Source: Alphaproteobacteria bacterium (lineage in GTDB: Bacteria > Pseudomonadota > Alphaproteobacteria > CAAHEQ01 > UBA3637). From it: DNA of 51,432 bases. The DNA is taken from the NCBI GenBank assembly GCA_017533325.1, contig JAFXIF010000033.1:1-51432 (forward strand), given 5' to 3'. Below, piece after piece: positions 1 through 8,928 of this stretch; the stretch's first letter is position 1; every line of letters starts with the position of its first letter. Made by a program: the position numbers and the translations under genes. The notes beneath the pieces were generated by a model that worked only from the letters and a program-made list of their open reading frames with translations, made no database searches and was not told the DNA's origin.

Positions 1-2
1 CC

Positions 3-521
3 TTTAGCCGTGGCGAATACGAAGAGGAAAAACAAGTTTTATCTTCAACCGGCAAAGCCACTTATGATGTTGATTCTTGGGGCGCTCAAGTGATGACCGG
101 CTATGATATCAAGCTTGAAAACGCGATTATCACGCCGGAAGTTGGGTTGCGTTACTTGTCGGTCAAACAAGAGGGCTATACCGATACTTTGGGGATAACG
201 GTTAGCGGGACTCAAAGCGATTACTTAACGGCCTTAGTCGGCGTTAAAGGTAATTGGGATATGGGCGCCATCCGCCCAACAGCTGGGGTAACGGTTGGAT
301 ATGACATTATCTCTGATGATGTGTCAGCTCTTAACACCCTTGCCAATGGTGCAAGTTATACGGTGAACGGCGAAGCGTTGGATCGCTTAAGCACCACTGT
401 CACAACCGGCGTTGAAGCTGACCTTGGCGAAAGAACGACATTGAAGCTTGAATATTCCGGCACATTCAGAAAAGAGTATACAGACCACTCTGGCATGCTC
501 AAGCTTGAAGTTCGTTTTTAA
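3..521 (+). CDS. Autotransporter/outer-membrane beta-barrel domain protein, C-terminal part (runs off left edge)
   Basis: Frame is open from base 3 (FSRGEYEEEK...). Amphipathic beta-strand pattern, ITPEVGLRY motif, and a C-terminal aromatic BAM signature (LKLEVRF). Confidence 0.8.
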   Translation, partial: FSRGEYEEEKQVLSSTGKATYDVDSWGAQVMTGYDIKLENAIITPEVGLRYLSVKQEGYTDTLGITVSGTQSDYLTALVGVKGNWDMGAIRPTAGVTVGYDIISDDVSALNTLANGASYTVNGEALDRLSTTVTTGVEADLGERTTLKLEYSGTFRKEYTDHSGMLKLEVRF

Positions 522-795
522 AAGGCAAAGAAACACTCTAGCTTTCCATTAAAAGTGAAAAATCCGCTAAAATGAATAAAGGACACTTTTAATGGAGAGC
601 TAGTTTTGCACTTTGCCTTTTAATTAAATAAGTGGCGTTTTTAAAAAAATGGTGAAAAAGAACATTCTAGCTTCCTATTAAAAGCTTTGAATCTGCTGAA
701 ATAAACAAAAGAAAGCTTTTAATGGGGGGCTAGTCTTGATTTTAGTTCCTTAAAATGACCGTTTTTAAAAAGTTTTTTCGCCACTAAGTTATTTA
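519..795 (+). repeat. Two tandem related long inverted repeats (hairpins) between convergent genes
   Basis: Stem 538-557/584-603 with outer arm 519-530/611-622, and stem 667-688/712-733. The two units are similar in sequence and offset by 129 bp. Confidence 0.8.
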
Positions 796-813
796 TTCCA
801 CGAACTTAAGCGG

Positions 814-1689
814 TTAAATTTTAAAAAAATATTTTAATATCAATCCAATCAAAAACGAAATTAAAGTAACGATTAAACTAATGCTTGCCATTTCAATAAA
901 TCTTTTGAGGGTTGATTCAGATTTAATAATGGAGATATAGGCGCTCAAAATAAATATTAAAAAAACAGCAACGCCAATCATGAAAAAGAGAGCATAAAGA
1001 AACATGTCTTTAGGGAGTAAAAGATAGGGGAGTGTCAGGCAAATAACGGTGATCAAATAGGCTATGCCGGTATAAAAAGAAGCGATAAGGGCTTTTTTAT
1101 TCCCGTTGGCCTTTTCCGCTAAATAATTAGATGATGCCATAGAAAGAGTGGCGGCTATACCGGTTATAATACCACTTAGGGCGATAAGTTTTGTATTCAT
1201 CAAAACAAAAGTAAGCCCTGATAGGGTGCCGGTCAGTTCAACAAGAGCATCACTCAACCCCAAAACCATAGCGCCGATATAGTTGAGTCGTTCTTCTTTC
1301 AGCATATTTATCAATTCTTTTTCATGCGCTTCTTCTTGAGAAATAATATAACTGACTTCGGGGTATTTTTCCTTAATTTCCCTTAATATTTGAATATTTT
1401 TATATTCTTTTGTTTCAATTAATTTAATAAGGAAGGTGTATCCAAATAAGTAACTGAGAAATAAACAAAAAAAGAGTTTGTATAAATTTGGTTTCGGCTC
1501 AATGCCGGTGTAATGTTTCCAAATATAAGAATGGGCAATTTCTTCTTTTGCGATACGTAATAATATTTTTTTATTTTGTTTATCTTTTATTCGTTTTGCA
1601 ATCTTAAAATAAAGAAAAGCGCTGGTTATTTCGCTTGTTTGAAAAGATGTTAACAGTTTTAATTCTTTTGGTAACAGATTTTGCGTCAT
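814..1689 (-). CDS. Rubrerythrin/ferritin-like + VIT1/CCC1 iron-transporter family protein
   Basis: N-terminal ExxH di-iron motifs (EEIAH, EEAHE), followed by the VIT1 motif GAMVLGLSDALVELTG and several TM helices. Confidence 0.85.
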   Translation of the reverse strand: MTQNLLPKELKLLTSFQTSEITSAFLYFKIAKRIKDKQNKKILLRIAKEEIAHSYIWKHYTGIEPKPNLYKLFFCLFLSYLFGYTFLIKLIETKEYKNIQILREIKEKYPEVSYIISQEEAHEKELINMLKEERLNYIGAMVLGLSDALVELTGTLSGLTFVLMNTKLIALSGIITGIAATLSMASSNYLAEKANGNKKALIASFYTGIAYLITVICLTLPYLLLPKDMFLYALFFMIGVAVFLIFILSAYISIIKSESTLKRFIEMASISLIVTLISFLIGLILKYFFKI

Positions 1690-1827
1690 ATCTTATCTCC
1701 TTATTTATAACTTGATTATGAAGAAGATATAATTTCAAGATTATTTTTTTTATTTGTTTAAAATATTCTTGATTTTTCATAATGTTATATGCTATTCTTC
1801 TTTTTAGTGTTTAAGGAGGATAAATTA

Positions 1828-2265
1828 ATGTCTGAAAGATTTAAAGTTCCGGTTGGGATTTTTGTGATTTTTCGTAATGAAGATAAAGTTTTGCTACAAC
1901 TTCGGCAAAATTGTTCATTTAGTGGTTATTGGGGATTCGTTGGTGGTCACTTGGATGGAAATGAGCAAATTATTTTGGCGGCTATTCGTGAAGCAAAAGA
2001 AGAAGTGGGTGTTGATATTAGGTCGGAGGATTTGACATTAAAGACTATTTGTCATAGTAACAAGGGAGAAGAATATATTCAGTTTTACTTTGAATGTTGT
2101 AAATGGTCTGGTGAAATTGAAAATAAAGAGCCAAGTAAGTGCGAATGTTTGGTGTGGCATGAATGGAATAAATTGCCGGAAAAAACCTCTCCTTATTTGA
2201 AGGAAGCGGTGAAAAAAATAAATAAGGGCATTTCTTTTTATGAAGATGAATTTGATATAAAATAA
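1828..2265 (+). CDS. NUDIX hydrolase
   Basis: Nudix box GGHLDGNEQIILAAIREAKEEVG. Start moved to ATG 1828 after the AAGGAGG SD. Confidence 0.9.
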   Translation: MSERFKVPVGIFVIFRNEDKVLLQLRQNCSFSGYWGFVGGHLDGNEQIILAAIREAKEEVGVDIRSEDLTLKTICHSNKGEEYIQFYFECCKWSGEIENKEPSKCECLVWHEWNKLPEKTSPYLKEAVKKINKGISFYEDEFDIK

Positions 2266-2319
2266 ATTATTTCATAACATTATATGATAAACTTAAAGTT
2301 TTAATTAAAGGAGGTGTAA

Positions 2320-2802
2320 ATGAAATTAGTTAAAGGTGAACCAAAAGATGCAAAGGATTTGAAAAAGATCCATGTAAGTGCTTATCAAAAGTGTTATAGA
2401 GGGTATATACCTGATGATTATTTGGATTCTTTAAGTGTATCAGATGATGTTGTTGAAAGAACGGCTCGTTTTATTGAAGCGAATGAGTGTTATTTGATTG
2501 AGGTTGATAACGAAAAAGTTGCATTTGTTTATCTTGCTTATCCAAAGGACAGAACGGATGCATTCGAAATTCAAGCAATTTATGTTCATCCGGATTGTCA
2601 ACGAAAAGGGGTAGGGCGTTTTTTTGTTAATGAGCTTGCTCAGATGAAGAAAAAAGAAGGGTTTCAAAAAGTGATTGCTTGGACGATAAAAGAGGGCCCT
2701 TCAATCGGATTTTATGAAAAAACGGGGTTTTATCAAATTGAAGGTGAAAATAAATTTTGGCGATTTGATATCCCTCTTGTTTGTTTTGAAAAAGAATTGT
2801 AA
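2320..2802 (+). CDS. GNAT family N-acetyltransferase
   Basis: Acetyl-CoA motif A (IYVHPDCQRKGVG) and motif B (FYEKTGF); AAGGAGG SD. Confidence 0.9.
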   Translation: MKLVKGEPKDAKDLKKIHVSAYQKCYRGYIPDDYLDSLSVSDDVVERTARFIEANECYLIEVDNEKVAFVYLAYPKDRTDAFEIQAIYVHPDCQRKGVGRFFVNELAQMKKKEGFQKVIAWTIKEGPSIGFYEKTGFYQIEGENKFWRFDIPLVCFEKEL

Positions 2803-2882
2803 GGTGAGTTATCGGCGTGCAGGCTTGTTTTTTTTACCTGACGAACTCCCTTTTTCGGTAGTCCGGCTTTTCTTAAGATACA

Positions 2883-2925
2883 ACCAATAAAAAAATCCCT
2901 CACAAGGAGAGATTTTTTTATTGGT
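2883..2925 (-). terminator. Hairpin/terminator directly downstream of tRNA-Ile2, probably bidirectional
   Basis: ACCAATAAAAAAATC pairs perfectly with GATTTTTTTATTGGT around a short inner stem-loop. Confidence 0.6.
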
Positions 2926-2998
2926 GGGCCCGGAGAGACTCGAACTCCCGACCTATCCGTTATGAGCGGACAGCTCTAACCAACTGAGCTACAGGCCC
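2922..2998 (-). tRNA. tRNA with CAT anticodon, most likely tRNA-Ile2 (lysidine-modified)
   Basis: Reverse complement GGGCCTGTAGCTCAGTTGGTTAGAGCTGTCCGCTCATAACGGATAGGTCGGGAGTTCGAGTCTCTCCGGGCCCACCA folds as a cloverleaf with encoded CCA. Paired G1-C72 excludes the initiator; the GGGCC acceptor stem resembles Ile2 more than elongator Met. Confidence 0.9.
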
Positions 2999-3157
2999 GA
3001 TCCATAGGGGGTATTATAAATATATTTTTATAAAAAGCAAGCGTTTTTTTTGCTAAAACTTCTTTTTTTCTAAAATAGGGGTAATAAAGTGCTTTTTTTC
3101 CTTTTCAAACCAAAAAAAATATGTTATACTCCCCAATAATAGAACGAAAAGGAGTAG

Positions 3158-3679
3158 ATGATGACAAAAGATGAATATACATTTAATCCCGGTGATTTTG
3201 TTGTTTATCCGGCACGCGGGGTCGGTCAAATAACTGAAATTAAATCAGAAGATGTTTGCGGTCAACAATTAGATATTGTTTCTGTTAATTTTAATAAAGA
3301 TCGCGCAACTGTTAAAATCCCTCTTTCAAAAATCAAAAAAGATGCTTCTTCCTTAAGACAAATTTCAACACCGGCTGTGATGGCTGATGCTGTAAAAGTT
3401 TTAAAAGGAAAAGCAAAAGTGCGCCGTGTTCAATGGAGCAGAAGATCTCAAGAATATACAGATAAAATTAAATCCGGTGATCCGATTCAGTTGGCTGAAG
3501 TGATGAGAGATTTATATAAAGATCCTGAAAAAAATGAACAAACATATAGCGAACGTCAAATTTATGACCAAGCAATGCATTTGTTTGTTCCGGAATATGC
3601 TTTGGTCAATAATTTAAAAGACGAGGAAGCAACGGTTCAATTAAGTAATATTTTAAAGAGCCGAGTTTCAGCTGAATAA
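3158..3679 (+). CDS. carD: CarD family transcriptional regulator
   Basis: FNPGDFVVYPARGVGQI N-terminus, conserved Trp in WSRR, KIKSGD..AEVMRDL, and QTYSERQIY. Confidence 0.9.
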   Translation: MMTKDEYTFNPGDFVVYPARGVGQITEIKSEDVCGQQLDIVSVNFNKDRATVKIPLSKIKKDASSLRQISTPAVMADAVKVLKGKAKVRRVQWSRRSQEYTDKIKSGDPIQLAEVMRDLYKDPEKNEQTYSERQIYDQAMHLFVPEYALVNNLKDEEATVQLSNILKSRVSAE

Positions 3680-3692
3680 ATTTGATTAAATG

Positions 3693-3720
3693 AAGAGCGC
3701 TTATTTTTAGCGCTCTTTTT
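3693..3720 (+). terminator. Rho-independent terminator after carD
   Basis: AAGAGCGCT-loop-AGCGCTCTT followed by a T run. Confidence 0.7.
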
Positions 3721-3746
3721 ATATCTTAAAAAAGGGAGTTAAACGA

Positions 3747-4037
3747 ATGAAAAAGATTTTTTGTTTAATTTGTTTTTGTTTTTTGGGGGCGTGCGCTCAA
3801 TTTGAGCCTTTTGTTGATGCAAGACGTGAGGCAGGTCAGGTGGCACCGGTCGGGTCTTCTCGCCCTGAAGCGCCGGTTGTTTGTTCCGGTCTTTTTACCG
3901 AACAGATTGAACGGCAAGCTTTGGCGGATAAAGAGTGTGAAAAAATCGGAAAAAAAGCGGTTTCTGAAAGCGTTTCTTCTTTTGATTGCAAATTGTTTTT
4001 GCCTGTGAAAGAACGTTTTATTTGTGTCAGCGAATAA
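3747..4037 (+). CDS. Hypothetical lipoprotein
   Basis: Signal peptide with lipobox FLGAC, four further Cys, GGGAG SD. Confidence 0.7.
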   Translation: MKKIFCLICFCFLGACAQFEPFVDARREAGQVAPVGSSRPEAPVVCSGLFTEQIERQALADKECEKIGKKAVSESVSSFDCKLFLPVKERFICVSE

Positions 4038-4196
4038 GGCTTTTTTAATAAAATATTTTTTTAACATAAAATACTTGTATCTCAAAAATGAAAGTGCTAT
4101 AATGCCTTGCAAGATGCTTGGTTTTAATTAAGCATTTTGAAAAAGCATTTTATATCAATATGTTATTTGTTTTATAAAAAGAGAGTGTGGGTATTT

Positions 4197-4874
4197 ATGG
4201 CAGAACGAAGAACTTTATATCATTACACTTTATGTCCTTTTTCAAGAAAGGTTCGTTTGTTGTTATTTGAAAAAGGAATGCCTTACGGAACGATTTTTGA
4301 AGTTCCTTGGGCGCGCCGTCCGGAATTTTTAAAGCTAAACCCGTTGGGGGAAGTTCCTGTTTTGATTGAACCGGATGACCCTGTTTTAGCAGATCATGTG
4401 GCGATTTCCGAATATTTAAATGAAATTAAAACATTGCCGAATTTATTGGGGGAAACACCGAGGGGCAGGGCAGAGGTCAGGCGCTTAACGAATTTGTTTG
4501 ACACTTCTTTTTATATGGATGTTTATAAACCTCTTGTGGGAGAGAGGGTGATTAAAGCTTTAAAATCAAAGGAAACGCCGGATTCTGTTTTAATCAGAGC
4601 CGGGCGCGAGAATTTGAAACGTTATATGTTATATTTGGATTGGCTTGCCGCGCATAGAAGTTATTTGGCCGGAAGAAATATGTCAATGGCGGATTTAGGG
4701 ATAGCAGCTCATATTTCAATTATGGATTATTTGGGAGAAATTGAATGGGATGAATATCCGGATGCCAAAATGTGGTATATGAAGATAAAATCCCGCCCTT
4801 CATTTGCGCCATTATTGAATGATAAACTTGCGGGTATTATGCCATCTGAAAAGTATGCAGTATTAGATTTTTAA
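4197..4874 (+). CDS. fzlA: Glutathione S-transferase-like FtsZ-binding protein FzlA
   Basis: RTLYHYTLCPFSRKVRL, LNPLGEVPVL and IKSRPSF, plus the FzlA-type C-terminus ..Y..LDF. Start moved to ATG 4197. Confidence 0.75.
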   Translation: MAERRTLYHYTLCPFSRKVRLLLFEKGMPYGTIFEVPWARRPEFLKLNPLGEVPVLIEPDDPVLADHVAISEYLNEIKTLPNLLGETPRGRAEVRRLTNLFDTSFYMDVYKPLVGERVIKALKSKETPDSVLIRAGRENLKRYMLYLDWLAAHRSYLAGRNMSMADLGIAAHISIMDYLGEIEWDEYPDAKMWYMKIKSRPSFAPLLNDKLAGIMPSEKYAVLDF

Positions 4875-4887
4875 AAAGGAGGGGGAA

Positions 4888-5298
4888 ATGAAGCGGATTT
4901 TTAAAGCATTATGTGTATCTTGTTCATTTTTATTGGTTTCAGCCTGTGGAAGCGATGGGCAACACATGTATTATTGGGAACGCCCGAATACAGGGGTTGT
5001 TTGGTTCGCAAGGGATCATAATGAATGTTTGGCAATTGCAGATATGTGGCCGTATCAATGGCCGGGGATGCCATGGGGTTGGGGAACGCCGCCAAATTTG
5101 GATTTAAGATTTGATAATTCTTCCGATCATGGGATTTGGGCTCAATTTGTTCCATTCCCGGGGGCTCAGCCGGTGCATGTGAACTCAAAAGTGGGCGATT
5201 GGTCGATGTCTTATGATGATTATGAAGAATGTATGTTGTCCAGAAATTATGTGATGCGAAGACCGGTTAAAGTTGATAATCAAGTGTTTTTTGAATAA
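4888..5298 (+). CDS. Hypothetical lipoprotein with Trp/Pro-rich core
   Basis: Lipobox LVSAC, AGGAGG SD, WPYQWPGMPWGWGTPP segment. Confidence 0.7.
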   Translation: MKRIFKALCVSCSFLLVSACGSDGQHMYYWERPNTGVVWFARDHNECLAIADMWPYQWPGMPWGWGTPPNLDLRFDNSSDHGIWAQFVPFPGAQPVHVNSKVGDWSMSYDDYEECMLSRNYVMRRPVKVDNQVFFE

Positions 5299-5318
5299 AG
5301 TTTTTGAAAGGATTTAAG

Positions 5319-6470
5319 ATGAGTGAGAATAAAAAAGAACCTGTTGTGATTCAGGTTTTGCCGGCATTAAATCAAGGGGGAGTTGAACGAGGCACAATTG
5401 AAATTGCAGAGGCCTTGCAAAAAGAGGGAATTAAAAACTATGTGATTTCTTCCGGTGGTAAAATGGTTTCTGAGCTTTTAAGATTGGGGGTTACTCATAT
5501 CACTTTGCCGGTCAATACGAAAAATCCGATTTTGATGTGGATCAACTCTTATCGCTTGGAAAAGATTTTTAAAGAAACAGGGGCTTCTTTGGTTCATGTC
5601 AGATCCAGAGCGCCGGCTTGGTCTGTGAAATGGGCTGCAAACCGAATGAAATTACCCTTTGTGGCAACTTTTCACGGACGCTACGGATTGCATCCGGAAG
5701 TTTTGAAAAAACCGTATAATAAAGTGATGACAAAGGGAAAATACGTTATTGCGGTTTCTGCCTTTATTCAAAATCATTTGATGAAAGAGTATAAAATTCC
5801 GGATCAAAAAATTCGTTTGATTCCAAGAGGGGCAGATATTAATCGGTTTAATATGAGTGCCGTTTCAATGGGGGCTTTGCAAGATTTTGCAAAAGAATAT
5901 GATATTCCGACAGATAAGCCGATTATCACATTGGTTGGAAGATTATCCAGAATCAAAGGGCATGATGTTGTTTTGGATGCCGTTTCAAAAATGCAACAAA
6001 AAGAAATTACATTGTTGTTTGTGGGTGGAAATGCAAAAGCCGGATATGATAAAGAAGTGAAGGAAAAAATTGCCTCATTGCCAAGCGAAACAACAGTGAA
6101 AGTTTTTGCTGTCAGTGGAGATAAAATGCCACTTGTTTATGCTTTGTCCGATATTTGTGTTCAACCGACATTGGTGCCGGAATCTTTTGGAAGAGGTATT
6201 GCCGAAGCGCAAGCCATGGGACGGGTTGTCATTGCTTCAAATCACGGGGGAGCTTGTGAATTGATTTCAAATGACAGAACGGGATTTTTGACACCGGTTG
6301 GTGATTCTTCTGTTTTGTCCTCGGTGTTAGACAGTGTTCTTAAAATGACGCCGGCTGAACGTCAAGCCATTGGTATGGCGGCTCAAGAAAGTGTCAGAAA
6401 TAATTTCTCAATTCAAAAAATGTGCGACAGAACGATTGCCTTATATAAAGAGATTTTTAATAATGACTAA
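5319..6470 (+). CDS. Glycosyltransferase family 4 (GT-B)
   Basis: QVLPAL..GGVERGT, HVRSRAPAW, GRLSRIKG, and the E-X7-E motif ESFGRGIAE. Confidence 0.9.
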   Translation: MSENKKEPVVIQVLPALNQGGVERGTIEIAEALQKEGIKNYVISSGGKMVSELLRLGVTHITLPVNTKNPILMWINSYRLEKIFKETGASLVHVRSRAPAWSVKWAANRMKLPFVATFHGRYGLHPEVLKKPYNKVMTKGKYVIAVSAFIQNHLMKEYKIPDQKIRLIPRGADINRFNMSAVSMGALQDFAKEYDIPTDKPIITLVGRLSRIKGHDVVLDAVSKMQQKEITLLFVGGNAKAGYDKEVKEKIASLPSETTVKVFAVSGDKMPLVYALSDICVQPTLVPESFGRGIAEAQAMGRVVIASNHGGACELISNDRTGFLTPVGDSSVLSSVLDSVLKMTPAERQAIGMAAQESVRNNFSIQKMCDRTIALYKEIFNND

Positions 6471-6852
6471 AAAAGAAAATAAAGAAAAATCTTCTCAGTT
6501 AGAGAAGATTGCTCTTCAAATCGAAAAAATGCGCTTAGGTGATTATATTAATAATATGAATCGACCGGCGAAAATCATTGTAAATAATTTGCTTGGCGGT
6601 ATTTCAAAAGGCGTTGGGCTGACCGTGGGTGCAACACTTGTTATTGCATTATTATTTAAAATTTTAAGTGTTATTATTTCAATGAATATTCCTTATTTAA
6701 CGGAAACATTGCAAGAGGTTGTTTCCATTATTAAAGCAACACCTGTTGCAGGGATTGTTGAAGAAAAGAAACAAGAATGTGATTGTGCTCCTCTAACGGA
6801 TAACAAAGAAGCGAGTGAAAGGATAGAAGATGTTAACGCAGGAACAAATTAA
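6463..6852 (+). CDS. DUF5665-like small membrane protein
   Basis: DYINNMNRPAKIIVNNLLGGISKGVGLTVGATLV pattern. ATG 6463 overlaps the GT4 stop region. Confidence 0.7.
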   Translation: MTKKENKEKSSQLEKIALQIEKMRLGDYINNMNRPAKIIVNNLLGGISKGVGLTVGATLVIALLFKILSVIISMNIPYLTETLQEVVSIIKATPVAGIVEEKKQECDCAPLTDNKEASERIEDVNAGTN

Positions 6853-7597
6853 GGTCGGAATAATCGGGTATGGAGTGATTGGTATGACCTTTGCCAAATG
6901 GCTTGAAGAGCATACCAAGTGTCAAATGGCTATTTCCGATCCGCCAAAAGGAATTAATGAGGACATTAGTGATTGTCATATTTATTTTATCGGTATCCAT
7001 ATCCCAACGGAGTTAGATGGAACTCAAGATTTAACTTTATTGCGCTCGATTATTGCAGGGTTACCTTCCGATAAACCGATATTTATCAGAACAACTCTTT
7101 TACCGGGGACGGCTGATAAATTGACGGCTGAATTTAATAAACCTGTTCACTTTATGCCGGAATTTTTAACGGAAAGAACGGCTTATCAAGATTTTTGCTC
7201 TCAAGATATTGTTATCACGGGATATCGTGAGTTACTGGATGAAATTTTCAAATCCAAAAAACGTTATTATATGAAAAATGTTGAAGCAGAAATTTGTAAA
7301 TATGCGCATAATGTTTTTGGGGCTTTGGCGGTCACATATTTTAACGGCGTTTATGAATTGTGCCAAAAAATGGGAGCCGAATATAATTTGGTCAGAGATG
7401 GCTTCTTGTTAAGCGGTTATTTAAGCCCGACACATACCCATGTTCCAGGACCGGATGGCAAATTTGGTTATGGTGGTAAATGTTTTCCAAAAGATGTGAA
7501 TGCTTTTGCGATTTTTAACCAAAACAATCATTTGGGGAATTTATTAAAAGTAACCATGGAAACAAATGATTTCTTTAGGGCTCAAGAAGTTAAATAA
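6830..7597 (+). CDS. UDP-glucose/GDP-mannose dehydrogenase family protein (short form)
   Basis: Rossmann GYGVIG, PEFL, catalytic Lys in EICKYAHN, catalytic Cys in GYGGKCFPKD. Only 255 aa. Confidence 0.85.
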   Translation: MLTQEQIKVGIIGYGVIGMTFAKWLEEHTKCQMAISDPPKGINEDISDCHIYFIGIHIPTELDGTQDLTLLRSIIAGLPSDKPIFIRTTLLPGTADKLTAEFNKPVHFMPEFLTERTAYQDFCSQDIVITGYRELLDEIFKSKKRYYMKNVEAEICKYAHNVFGALAVTYFNGVYELCQKMGAEYNLVRDGFLLSGYLSPTHTHVPGPDGKFGYGGKCFPKDVNAFAIFNQNNHLGNLLKVTMETNDFFRAQEVK

Positions 7598-7600
7598 AAC

Positions 7601-7632
7601 AAATCCTCTCGCATTGTCGGGAGGTTTTTTTT
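7601..7632. terminator. Terminator between convergent genes
   Basis: CCTCTCG-loop-CGGGAGG hairpin followed by a T run. Confidence 0.6.
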
Positions 7633-7635
7633 ATC

Positions 7636-8715
7636 TTATTTTTCTTCTGTTAAAATTAAGATGCCGCCTTGAGGGGCAGTCAGCATTTTTTGTTTAACGA
7701 TTTTATTATTGTTAAGGTATAAGAACTCTTCATAAGCATTTGTTAAATTTAAAAATATTTCAAGAGAGTCTTTTTTATATTGCGCAAAATCTTTAATATG
7801 CAACAAAAGATTTTTTTCTTGGATTTTATCTAAAATTTCGCTAAATGACGGCTCTTTTTTTAAAAAGGAAAGCTCTAAAGACCATAAATTTAAAAATTTT
7901 GAATTAAAGAATTTTAATTTTGCTTTTGAATCAAATAAGGCAACGCCAAAGGGTAATTCTTTCAATAAATGTTTATAAGTTGTTTGTGCATCATTTAAAA
8001 GAGCTTGAAGTCCATCTTCAGTTGTTTTATCTTGCCCGTATTTTAACACTAAAGTCTCGGCAGGATCAAAATTTATTTTATTTTCGTTCCAATAATAATT
8101 GCTGAGATTATTTATATTTTGATTAAAAAAAGTATTTGTAAATTTTAAATTATTTTTTTTAATTTCAATAGGAAAGGGAAGTAAATTGAGGGCTGATAGG
8201 AAAACATTTATTTTATTTGAAAGCATTTTTGTTTCTTTTTGCTCCAGAAGAAGCCGTTGATATTCAAAAGAATGATTATTAAACCACACAACAAAAAGTT
8301 TTTTGTTTTGCTTTGAATAAATAACTCTTCCATTAAGGAAAAAATGCATTTTTGTTATCTCATCACTCAGCTCAACATCAAATGGTTTTTCTTTTTCTCT
8401 TAATTCAAAAAAGGCATTTAAAACAGGCTGATAATCAGAAGAGTTAATGTTTTTAATTAACTCTTGAAAAGTTGTTTTTTGATTTGAACTGTTTAAAAGA
8501 AGGCGTAGCTTATCGGAGCAATAGGAGATTATCCCCTCAGCAGATTGGTATTCAAAATAATATCCGTGAGGTGCGGTATAAAGAATATCTTTTATTAAAG
8601 CTAAATCGTTTTTTATTCTCGTTTCAGTTTTTTTTATTTTGATGAGATGGATACTTAAGAAGAGAATAAGGCCTGTTAAAATGAAAAAAATGAAAAAAAA
8701 GAAAATATTCATCAT
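7636..8715 (-). CDS. Membrane-anchored PAS-domain protein, DivL-like N-terminal half without kinase domain
   Basis: N-terminal TM helix. C-terminal PAS (GVALFDSKAKLKFFNSKFLNLWSL..EPSFSEILD..PQGGILILTEE) resembles the PAS repeats of alphaproteobacterial DivL-type kinases. The ORF ends without HisKA or HATPase. Confidence 0.65.
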   Translation of the reverse strand: MMNIFFFFIFFILTGLILFLSIHLIKIKKTETRIKNDLALIKDILYTAPHGYYFEYQSAEGIISYCSDKLRLLLNSSNQKTTFQELIKNINSSDYQPVLNAFFELREKEKPFDVELSDEITKMHFFLNGRVIYSKQNKKLFVVWFNNHSFEYQRLLLEQKETKMLSNKINVFLSALNLLPFPIEIKKNNLKFTNTFFNQNINNLSNYYWNENKINFDPAETLVLKYGQDKTTEDGLQALLNDAQTTYKHLLKELPFGVALFDSKAKLKFFNSKFLNLWSLELSFLKKEPSFSEILDKIQEKNLLLHIKDFAQYKKDSLEIFLNLTNAYEEFLYLNNNKIVKQKMLTAPQGGILILTEEK

Positions 8716-8928
8716 TCAAATCCTTTCATTATAAAAAAATTATATCGTTTTTTTTATTTCAAGGCAAGAAAAATGAATGAATGGAACGATTTTCTTTCCT
8801 TTAAATAAGAACCTTTTTTGACAAATAATGTTTTTTCTTGATTTTAGAAAAAGTCTTGTGATATATAAAGGTATTCTTTATGGATATTTTAAGCTATCTT
8901 GTTTATTTAAAAACAAAGGATATATAAT

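Noticed and set aside
1828-2880. NUDIX and GNAT as integron cassettes, with the hairpin near 2805-2846 as attC
   Set aside because: No RYYYAAC/GTTRRRY box pairs flanking the genes and no integron integrase in the window.
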